A stretch of 60,106 bases of DNA, the filler included. It is 4 parts of 4 records of this genome, joined end to end, with 100 filler letters (N's around TTAATTAATTAA, not from the genome) between each part and the next. Parts side by side here need not be neighbours in the genome. Positions count along the whole stretch, not along the records: positions 40,736 to 60,106 come from SRR20825019_2305; 3 more parts are not named here. One strand, 5' to 3'. The position numbers and the translations under genes are program-made. The notes under the pieces were generated by a model. The model was not told where the DNA came from. It did no database searches and saw only the letters and a program-made list of their open reading frames with translations. Positions within the stretch are counted from its first letter, which is position 1. Each line of letters begins with the position of its first letter. Positions 44,184-54,959 of this stretch are shown here, piece after piece.

Positions 44184-47100
44184 ATGCCGCCTGTCCATGG
44201 TGGGCCTATTGGAGACAGGCGAAATCGAATTAACAAGCTCGGCTCTAGGGGCTCGATAGGTTCTGCAGGGTCTCTTTCTCGTGACACGCAGGCCGAGTAT
44301 GCTAAGACAATGATCGCCGACAAGCTGTATGGCCAATATGTGCAAGCTTACGAGATGTTCAAAGGGTTCGATAAAAGCAGCACTGGTTCAATCACAGCTG
44401 GTCAGCTCCGTGATGGTGAGGGAACTTTTCTCTGAAAGGGTAGTGTGCTGACTATGTTCCATAAGGTTTATTGTCGCTGGAAGTAGGGATATCTGAGAGT
44501 GAAGTGGCATCCATGTTGAGGGAAACCCCCTTGGAAAATAACATGGTCAACTATGTGAAGTTCCTTCAGAACCTTGCAGTTCTTAGCGAAGAGACTCAAC
44601 TCATGTCATCTCCACGTAGCCCCGCTGCAGTCAGTGCCACACCTATTCTCGAGCCCATAGGAGGAAGGGCCTCTCCAATTGCACAAACGTTGCCAATTGC
44701 TCATGACAGTGGTCGAGAGAGTCAGGCACTACTCAAGCGGGTCTACGAGCTTGAGGTTGCTCTCGACCAGGCTCTTGCAGATAAGAAGAATCTTATCCGT
44801 AGTGCAGAGGAGCAGATGGGAAACATGTTGCAGGAAGCAACCAAGGATATAGAATTTTCCGGCGAGGATAGAATCAGGAATTTGGAGGATCAGGTACAAG
44901 AATCCAAGAGCAAGCAGATGCGCATAACTGTAGAGAGGGATACCATTCTAAAGCAACTGCAAGATATGCAGGCTCGCTTCGAGCAGACGTCCGCATCGTA
45001 CAAACTCGCATTGGAGCACTCAAGGGCGGAAATGGATTCCTTGCGTGCTCAGGTGTCCGCAAGGCCAACCCAACCGATTTTTGACGCTGGAAAGCTCGAT
45101 AGAGTTGCACAAGAGGTTCGTGCTCAAGCCAGCGCCGAAGTTAAGGCACTGGATTCTCAGTATAGCCGAGCGCTCCAAGAGAAGGAAACCGACATAGCAC
45201 GCCTAGAGGAAGAAGTGAAGAGGGTTGCAAACGAATATGAACTGAACCTCGCAGCTGTCAAAGGTGACGTGCAGACGGCCCAAGCTGAGGCAGAGAGCCT
45301 GCGTGTGGAAATATCGGTTCTCCAGGGTCAGGTCCAGGAGTCATCGTTGGTCGAGAAAGAGAGCCGGGATCGGGTGGAGCAACTATCAAGTGATATGAAG
45401 GAAATGGATCACCTCATGGCTGAGGCTGTTGAAAAGCTAAAAGCAGAAAGTGACGTGCGACAGCAAACAGAAGACGAGCTGACCCAGGAGGTCAAGGAGC
45501 GCATGGCGGCTGCGCAGCTAGCAGAAAGGATGAGCAAACGAAACGACGTGTATCGTTCACGACTGGTTTCGACCAATGTGTCTAAGTTGATGCGTTCGAG
45601 AATGCACACTGCTGTATCACTGTGGGCGCACGAAACCTGGGCTAGTCGTCGTCGGAGATTTGCAGATATCAACAGGCAGATTGAGAGGCAGCTCGAAGTA
45701 TCCCACGTGACTGCGATGGATAATCTGGAGAAAGCCCGGAAAGCCAGGGAAGAGAGTGAGCGTGGACTAGAGGACTCCTTGAATCGAGCCCGGGATAGGG
45801 AGAGCGAGGCGAACCGACTGCTTGCGGCAGTGGAGGCTGAATTGGATCAGGCAAAGCGCGGGGAAGACCGTGCCGTGCAAATCGCTGCCGATATGGAAAG
45901 AGATCTTCAAGGTGCACTTAAGGATCTTGGGCCATGTCGCCCTGAACCAAGTCAAACAACTCACATGTCAGTCCTTGAAGTCAGTCTTGTGTTCCTGCGT
46001 CGTGGCCTAGCCGATGTGGTACAGAAGTGGCAGTCTCAAGTACGCCGCTGTGAAGATTTGGAAATGCAGAACGCCGCATCCTCAGAACAGAATCGGATGC
46101 TTGCTGAGAAGTTAGGAGACGTTGGTACCCGGGCCAGTGAGCAAATGCAAGAAATTCTAGACACTTCCAACGATCGGGTGGCCAAATTGAACGCCAAGAT
46201 GGATGAACTCGCGCAGACAGCGAGCAACGCACGTTCTAGTGAGGAGGCTGCACACGGTAAGGTGCAGTACTATGAAACAAAGCTACAGCAAGTTCAGGCG
46301 GATCTGGTTCAAGTTCGGGGGGAGAATGCCTCATTAGCCAAGCGAGTAGTGGAATGCGAAGAGGTTATGCAACGGGCGCAGACTCGGAGGGATACCTTGG
46401 AAGAGCGGTGCCGTGATTTAGACACGAACAAAAATGACATGATGGAACAGATCTCGCGTCTGCAGATAGAGCGAGATGGCGCTGTAAAGCGACTAGAGGA
46501 AGCGAAGATGGAAGTGGAGAGGTTAAACACTCTTGTCAGAAATAAGGAGGACACGCTGGTTCGAATGGAAAAGGAGCTCTCTGTCGCTAAGGTGACACTC
46601 ACTACCTTACAGGAGGATGTCGAGACCCAGGCACGCCAAGCTTCAGACACGCAACTGTCATGTGATGAAGCCAAAAGGGAAGCTCAACATGCAAATGAAG
46701 GAATGGTGGCCGCCAAACAGAGAATACAGGATTTGGAGGATGAGTTAATGGAGGTGAAATCACAGGAGGAAATGCGGGCCATGAGTGGTCGCTTCATGCA
46801 GAACGACGTGGCACAACTCAAGGTTGAGAACAAAGAGATACTGGAACGGCATGGAAATGAGATGAACCAACTTAGTAATCGACTATCGGAGGCGGAGGAA
46901 AGGGCAGCCGAGGTTGCGTCACACCGTGACAAATTGCTGAAGGTCCTCGAGGTCCTCGAGAGACAGCGCCTGATCCCCGAGGACATCCTTTCGGGCTATG
47001 GTGTACGTGATCTCAGGGCTAGTGTTCTTGCCGAACCTTTCCGAAGCCCTCGCAGTACTCGTGCCCAATCTCCCGACCGAATGCTCACACGGAGTGTGGA

Positions 47101-47771
47101 AGATGCACGTATTTCAAACGAGTTATTACGCACAGCACGACATGTGTCCCCAGAGCGGAGAACCCCACAAGCCACGCAAGTCAATCTCGCCAGTCCATCC
47201 TCTTCTGTAAAATGGCAAACGGCGTCCCCACGAATGGCTGCCCCAACATCTTCTAGCCCTCCTCGCTCGGTAGAGTCTGTGCGGCCCGCACAGCCTCCAT
47301 CACAGCCAAGAGCGCGTGGACGTCTCGCCTTTTCTCGGCCGTCTGGACGGACGTTGATGGACGTCAGCAACACAGCGATGGGATTGAAATCGCACATGCA
47401 AGAGCAGATGAGACTCGTGGAAGATCTGGAAGGGCGTGCCAAGAATGCGCAGGAGAGGGCCGGAATCGGAGGCGTCAACTTGGATATTCACACTATGGTT
47501 CATATTACTGCAAGCAAAGATGTGATCCAGCGTCAACTTCAGGGCATCATTGCTCTGTGCGAGCAACTCGAGGATATGGTGAGTATCTGGTTCTTGATGG
47601 GTTTGCGGTGGGTGAACTAACTTTCCTTGCGAATAGATGCGGCGAGGTGAGAACCTGGTGCCAACTGAGGAGAAGGAAGCTGTCGATGCACGTGTCGCCG
47701 AGTTCACTGCGTTCAAAGACGTCATCGATCGCAAGCTGGCTGGTATCCAGGCCAAAGTTCCTATGCAGTAA
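44184..47771 (+). CDS. EF-hand plus long coiled-coil protein (3 exons)
   Basis: AYEMFKGFDKSSTGSIT...VNYVKFL EF-hand pair; ~1000-aa coiled-coil exon; introns ~44417-44465 and ~47579-47637. Confidence 0.78.
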
Positions 47772-47822
47772 TTCATGACGGAAACCACCGTATTCTAATC
47801 ATAAAAGCATACTAACTCACAT

Positions 47823-49743
47823 TTACTCAAGCACCTCCAAGACCCCTTCATCCGCAAGACAGGTCAAGACTGCCGTTCTAACTGTACTTCCTCCTGGAAT
47901 GTCACCAACTCGAACGCGGTCCTGAGTCATCAGTATTGCAAGCGCTGGAGCATAGTCCTTGGGAAACCCAATCCTGCCCGTCGTTGGTTTACCATCATCA
48001 CTGCATTCACTTCCAGACTCCGACGTGCTGCTATCGTCGCTACCCTCTGAGCTGCCCACATCGTCATCCAACATATGGGACTCGGCTTTGTTCCTCACCG
48101 ACATGATCATGAATACACGCGGTTCTCCCTCCTCATCCTCACTTATTTCCATTCGCAGATGTGACCGATACTTCAATCTCACAAAAGCATCTGGGGTCCC
48201 AGCAGCGACAAGGGCAGCCTGAAGGCCAGCTGAACATTGCTCGGGGGTAGGAGGGTCCGCTGGAGGAAGCCGGTGGTACATGAAATCTGCGGCCATTTCA
48301 TCTGCAGTGATGCCCATATCAATGGCGCACATCGCCTCCTGCAACAGATTTTGTCCAATTTTGTAAAACGATCCGACCTTGCTTTCGCGACAATCCTGAA
48401 CCTTTCCCTTTTTTTTCTCCTTCTCTATGTTAGATATGATAGCAGCCCCAGTGCCCTATTCAGTAGTTAGTGATAATCAAGTACACCATATTCTCAAAAT
48501 AGGCATCAATTACCATGTAGTTTGTCCAGCCCACCGGCAGTCCCTTCCGGAAATCGACATTTGTATTGAAGGCGACCGTCAGTGCTCTGCATCGACATAA
48601 GGTCAGTCTTGCGATCATATGGAGTCCACATTCCTACCTCTGTAATGCGCGCTGAAGGAAATCATACCACGAGGTACGTTGGTACAGACTAATCGTCAAG
48701 TGCAAAGATGTGTCCTTTTGGGAGGAAGCCTGGTGGACAGTACCACGCGGCATGTACAGCAAGTCTCCAGGACTGAGCGTAAATTCGTGCGTGGGCTTGC
48801 CAAGGACTGCAGGGTCCAAGTCAGGACTGGGATCCCGAGGTAGGCGATCCTCTTTCGGCAACTCATGCAGCCGCCACTTCTTAGTCCCCTCAATTTGCAG
48901 TACAAATACCTCCACATCGTCGAAATGGGGAGCAAGCCCTGTTTCACCCGGTGGTGTCAAGTAACTGCAACGAAAATAAGAACCACGAACTAGTTGGGTT
49001 TTCCGCGATGCATGACCAACCTGTTCACTCCAACAAGGCCACCAAACGCCTCTTCTAACATCCTGGTGACATCTCTGACTGCATCACAGTGGTTCTGCGG
49101 TTGGTGGAATTGCAAGGTCGCTCCATCCTTCTTGACAATCTTCCACACCTTCTCAGCTTTCAGTAACTGCATAGTCATTTACGTAAGTGCCCTTCCCTAC
49201 AAACTATTGTGCAACACCAATTCCTACTTCTCCATCTGGAATATCAGGGTTCATTGAAACCTTGTGTCCATCAATACACTTGCACAAGTTAACATGAGTT
49301 GGCGCGTCCAAGTTTGATATCGCCTTCATAGCCTCGTCTACAAATCAACCTGTCAAAACTGCGCAAAAACAATGGCAGAAGATCGAACCTATCTTGGCAG
49401 AAGAGAATAGGTCCTTATAGTAATTCAAATTATTCCGGCTGATAACTAGCGGCTAAAGAAGTCTGGTCAATGGCAACTTCATAAAGCACACGAGCGAGTG
49501 AACCTTTTTCTCCCAATTCCGGACAAGGAAATCGGCCATGCTACTGTCAACCAGGTATTTCATTATGTCATTCCCACAATTCTCCAGCGTTTCTCGCCAA
49601 GTCCTCACAGGCCCCGTATTCGTGTTTGGCCTGGATCTATGCCTCAGTCTACGTTCCGTACGTCTCCCGCAAGCTCACCCCACTAACCTTTTGGTTTGTT
49701 CATGCCCACTGCTCTTTTCACTGGCCTTCCTCTTCTTTCCCAT
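47823..49743 (-). CDS. Multi-exon JmjC ribosomal oxygenase, RIOX2/MINA53-NO66 family
   Basis: ATLQFHQPQ, YLTPP...GLAPHFDDVEVFVLQIEGTKKWRL (HxD), GDLLYMPRGTVHQA, SLHLTIS, DFMYHRLPP; basic N-terminus MGKKRK. Confidence 0.88.
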
Positions 49744-50431
49744 AACAGCCTCAAGTATGAATCCCTTATGGTTTAAGGTAGGGAACTGAAAACGTGTATA
49801 TATCGTTACGCATGGCGCGGCGGCCGCCCGGTCTTGCCTGGCCGGCCCGGCCGCCCATGTGACCCGACCCGCCTCAGCCCGGCCGCCGCGCCTCCGGTGC
49901 CGGCCCGGCCTCGCCGACCACCGCTCACCAAGCGCTTACTAGTAGCGGGAACGCGGGCGGACGTGGACGGGACCCGTTCGGCGCCCGGTTCAGTGCCGGC
50001 CGGTGGACGCGCCGGCCATCATTGGCCAGTCAAGGCCCGGCGTGAGGGAGGCCCGGCGTGCCGGGGCTGAGCGCCGGGCGGCGAAGGCCGGCCAGGCAGC
50101 CCGCGACCAACACAACGGCGGTCCCTTGGGCACCGTGTCAGTATTAGGGCTCATCACTCGTAACATGATTTTATAATTGACAGGGTCCACGCGTTTTCTG
50201 CCTCCAATTTACCTCCAAGAGCCAGGGTAGTTTTCATCCCGGGGATGAAAAAGTTTCAATGATAGGACGAGTCAAATCCAAAGCGTCGACACGCATGGAG
50301 CCGAGTTACCTCCAACTTCGCCTCCAGTCTGCCTCCAATTCTGCCTCCCACTTGCCTCCAAGAATGATTTCGCTGCCGGAGGCCGAAACCGAGGTCCGCA
50401 GCACTCCAGAGTCGGATCCCGTCCGGCGGGT

Positions 50432-50519
50432 CAGGGGGCCCGGGCCCTGGGGCCGGGCCCCGGCCGGTGCCTGAGGTGACCGGCGGGCCGCCGCCCGGCC
50501 CCAGGGCCCCGGCCCCCTG
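50432..50519. repeat. Long GC-rich inverted repeat (27-bp arms, 1 mismatch)
   Basis: 50432-50458 pairs with 50493-50519; the loop holds an inner GCCGGT/ACCGGC stem. Confidence 0.85.
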
Positions 50520-50610
50520 CCGGCCGGGCCACTGGCCGAAGTATATATAAATGAAGTTGGGAGGATTCTGTTTATAGTAGAAACGGGACAACTCACTGGT
50601 TGAAGTGAAC

Positions 50611-51246
50611 ATGAATAAATGCCCAGCGTCGAGTGCTGCCCCTAAAGTCCTGTCAGACTATGGCTTCAGGGAGAACCTCCCATATGGCTCCATGAGATCC
50701 ATGTTTCTGACTTTCAAAAAGAGTCTCATAAGTGAAAATGGCCTTGTCAACAACTTGTATCAAGTGGGCAGCTCCTCGATTCCTGGTATGCCCGGGTTGC
50801 TCGGAATGGACATGTTGGCCATTATTCCTGAAAAAGATTGGCCAGTGTCTCAGGAGGTTGTGAATACTCTAACTTCCAAGTTTGGTTTCCAAGACCTCGG
50901 GCAGTCTCCCCATGGCGGCGAAGATGGAATATGGCTCCAGAGTAAAGACTTCAATGTCAAGACCGAGGAAGGCACTGATGAACCATGTCTAATCATGCTG
51001 CACCTCATGCGTGACGGAGCACCCAGTGCAGTTAAGCTGGTGGCCTTCCGTGAGTTCTGCAAGAAAGACCAAGCTGCCTTTGACGCCTATGCAAACATCA
51101 AAAGGGAACTGGCTTCGGTTGAGGGGCAACTACTGAAAGACTACAAAATGAAGAAATACGAAGTGGTAGAGAAGATCATGAGCGATACCATGAAATGGTG
51201 GAGCGAAACCAACCAGTCCCTTGAGAACTATCCTGATGATGACTAG
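50611..51246 (+). CDS. GrpB/UPF0157 nucleotidyltransferase-like domain protein, intronless
   Basis: QVGSSSIPGM..(D)ML, LHLM, FREF...YANIKRELA...Y..KK pattern; TATATATAAA ~60 nt upstream. Confidence 0.72.
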   Translation: MNKCPASSAAPKVLSDYGFRENLPYGSMRSMFLTFKKSLISENGLVNNLYQVGSSSIPGMPGLLGMDMLAIIPEKDWPVSQEVVNTLTSKFGFQDLGQSPHGGEDGIWLQSKDFNVKTEEGTDEPCLIMLHLMRDGAPSAVKLVAFREFCKKDQAAFDAYANIKRELASVEGQLLKDYKMKKYEVVEKIMSDTMKWWSETNQSLENYPDDD

Positions 51247-51384
51247 CTTGAGTATTACTTCGGAGCAATTTACTATATGGAGACTGATGAGTCACCGCTC
51301 CGTCTACGCCTTAATGAATATCCATGACTCAAGTGTTTGTACCAAGTTTAGTTTGATCAGTGTACGCAAATAGCTACATCTTTC

Positions 51385-54116
51385 TTAAGTCTCTTTGAAA
51401 CACTCATTAATACGGGCACGAGTTGCCTCATGAGAGCCAGCAAGCTCTGCAGCCGCATCCTTCAGTGCATTAGCTGTTTCTTCGGCCCCGTAGAAGTTGT
51501 AGTGCTGCAAGGGAGTACGTCTATACTCATCAACATGACACAACATTGTATCCACGATGTCCGGACCGAATGTGTTTTTCGGTCCCAAAAGCAGCCTATA
51601 GAATATTTCCTGTCGTTGATCCTTCTCAATTGAGCTCGGAACAAAATACAGCAGATTCCGTCCCCTGCCATCGGTCAAATACTGCTTCTCCGTATTGAAA
51701 CCTTGGAGGTAATCGGCATACCACTGGTTCGTCCACCTACTATAATCATCCCCAAAAATTGAATCCTTTTCATCTTCCAAGTAAACAAGTTTGTCCAACA
51801 AATTAGCATTTCCATATACCAAGGCTCCGACAGCCACCTCAAACATAAAGCACCTCTTCAAGTCCCGGAAGAAATTATGCGATGCCACAGGTTGGGGTGC
51901 GTCCGCCCCATCGGTTTGTTGAAAATACTTGTACCCCGGATAATCATCATCGCCCTCTTTTGCTACTCCAATCTCTATATTGCACTTCGTCATAGCATAC
52001 TGAGGGTACTGCTTGTTCTTGTCCGTGCCATCATCTTCGCCAATTCTCCTAACATGAACCACCCTGGCGCTGGGGCCACTCTCCTGGAACACCACCAATG
52101 GCTTGTTTGTAACTGCGCCCGTTTGGTACACGCTCTTTTTGAGCTCTTTCTTCACACCCACGCACTCAAAGACATGAATGGCCCGGCCTTTCAGCATGGC
52201 TTGCACGTGCCAATCGCCGTCCGGAATGCTTTCATGACTTGTTCTGTAACTTTCCTGACCACACATGATCGGCCGCATTGCTTGTCTTACACAAGCATCC
52301 GTCTTCATAATCTCGAGAAGTCGAAGCTCGTCAAAATCTTCTCGTGTCATGAACTTGTCAATGCGGTCTGCGTTCATATCATATAAATTTTCCAAGTTTG
52401 GCAGGCTACCTGTTTCCTCGCCCATATTTGCGCAACATGGGCAATTGGTCATACCAACACCATCAATAGCAGCTTGCAGAGGCGCAAAAGATCCGCGTTT
52501 TTCCACATTGTCACTATTGAACAAGTCATCCACGTTCAATGAATGCAAATGCTGGTCTTGGAATTTGCTCCAGTCTCCCTCGTAGTTAGCCAGCATGCTA
52601 TCAACATTCTCCACATCATATCGAGAGAGTAGGCGCCTACGCACAGTCCTCTTGATTACTCCAACTGGGAGCTTGCCTTCACCCGTTCCATGTAAACCAT
52701 AAAATTCCCTTCCCAATGGTTCAATACCTAATATATGCGCTTCCAATTTGGAGGACGCTTTGGAGGAGTCTCCAAAAGTCATTGAACGAAGGTTGCCACT
52801 TACACCATCGTAAACGTGTAGATGTAACTGTAGCTTAAAAGCGATGGCAATAAGATCGAAAATGGCCATATCTGGCACCCCAAGAGAGCCAGATGTATTC
52901 GTGACATGGTCCAGGTACACTTTCAGCTTATTCCCACTAGAAGCCGCCTTCACTGCGAAAATAACACTGCTACCCAATGCCCTGTCAATTTGGTCTCGGT
53001 CGGGATCGGTGTACTCCATAGTCGAAAACTTTTGTTCCATTTCCTTAGCAGTGAGTACAAGGCCATCTAGAACAGGAAATTGCGATAGCGCCTCAGCCCA
53101 AGATGGATACCTGGTGCTCGCTTCGCTGAAGTACGCCTCCAACTCCATATCATCAAGAAGTGCTCTCAGGCCACTGTAGTAACCATCGAGGCCGTGACCA
53201 GAAATGATCTCAGAACCAGTGACTGCCTCGGGTACTGCAAGAGTCACAGTTAATCACAGAGTTGCTGAGCGACTCCACGGTTTCACCTACCTTTCCAGCT
53301 GGTGATGCTATGCACCGCATGGAATGTCTTCGTGTCAACAGCAAAAAACATTGATTTCCCCGAGCTTGAAGAAAAGCCGGACGAGCTGACTTTTTGTAGC
53401 TCTGACCCCATACACCAGAAAAGTTGCAGATTTGGCATGCCACAAGCTTCTCCCAGATTTTCAAGTTCGCCAGGATTTACAGTACCGGGAAATTCCGATA
53501 CTATCGCCTCATCAACAGTGCACCGATCGTCAACACTTCCCACCAGACTGTTGACAGCCTGCGTTAAAGACAAAGTCACATCACTTGAAACTTCAGAACC
53601 CTTAATAGGGCGGAAAGAGTTTGCCACAGCCATCTTCTCGTCATGCAGCATCGCATGCATACATACAGGGTCTGCAACCACTCGATCAACCCAAGGCAAA
53701 TCCAAATACGAGGATGCAATCACGCGATATTCAAGGGCACTCTGCCGAGCCTCGCGGTTGTCGGTGACCTCCAAGTTCAATATGGACGCTTCATATTTCA
53801 CCTGGTCTTGTTCAACCTCTTTGAACTTTTCACTGACTAGCGTGCTCATTCTCTCCTTCACCATCTCCCATTGATTAGCGAATACACGTTTGCCACCCTT
53901 TTCAATACTTTCATCTTCTGTATTCAGCTCGACCTGAAGGAAAACGTTTTCATCTTCAACCCCTCTAGGTTTATCTCTATGTTGTGGAGCCATATGGTTG
54001 GGATACTGTGAACCTTCTGGGCTCCAGGCAGCAACTTGTAGTGTCCACACACACGCTACCCCAAAAGCGACAAGTAGAGCGCGTGGCCTCTTGCCTCCTG
54101 AAACCCCGCCTCCCAT
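51385..54116 (-). CDS. Putative secreted/membrane-anchored ~891-aa protein, 2 exons, ankyrin-like C-terminus
   Basis: 56-nt GT-AG intron 53235-53290 fuses the two ORFs in frame; hydrophobic N-terminus RALLVAFGVACVWTLQVAA; DEYRRTPLQH. Confidence 0.72.
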
Positions 54117-54959
54117 GACAAGTTCTGCCCCGATACCGCTGAGAAAAACAAGTAAGGATCACTGCATGATATAGTGCTCTTCACATATACACACACAACT
54201 CACCCGTCGCCAGTCGTGAGTGTCAGATGCGGGTGGACGACGGAGCAGGCCGGACTGCAAGGCGGCCCGGCCGGGTGAGGGCTCAACGCCTTGGAAGAGC
54301 CATCCGTCAGGAATCCGGCGCCGCTGAGCAGGCGAGGCGCAGGCGTAAGTGTCAAAAGTAATTTACACAGAATATTGCGGTTGAACTATGCAAATGGTGC
54401 TCGATATTATCGGAGGATGTTCCTCTCAAGTCGCGTTGTCGTAATGCGCCCTTCCTTCTTGTTGAGCAGCACCACACAGTGATCTCTTCCCTTTCGGTGC
54501 ACCATGCTGAGTCCGCAAACGCGAGTCGCCCCCTCGAGCGACAGAGGGACGGACAGCGGTAGGGACGGGGAGGGCCACCCACTGAGGTATGCTCCGGCCA
54601 ACAAAAACAGAACGCCCGAGAGCTCGCTGCCATTGGCTGCTTGGAGTTGAGCTGAGGCTATATGCTCTCGGAGAGCAGGCACACACCCATCAGTGGAATG
54701 AAACGATCAACGGCGCGTTGCAACGCTTATGAACTCTAGCACTGTGTGTGGACAAGGCAAGTTGTCTCACCAGTGCAGCATTGTTGCCTCCAAGAGAGTG
54801 CAGTCGCGCACAGCACAAACTCCACGACGGAATAAGCTAGGCCACCCTCTGCACAAGCCCCGATGGTCACTGTCAGTGCATGCTCCCAGCTAGGTAGGCA
54901 CTGTGACCCTAAATATCTGGCAGCTAGTATTTGGGAAAGTAAAAGGCAGCAGTGACAGC

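Noticed and set aside
50199-50363. CRISPR array
   Set aside because: Units are 11-12 nt with no spacers, and there are no cas genes in the window
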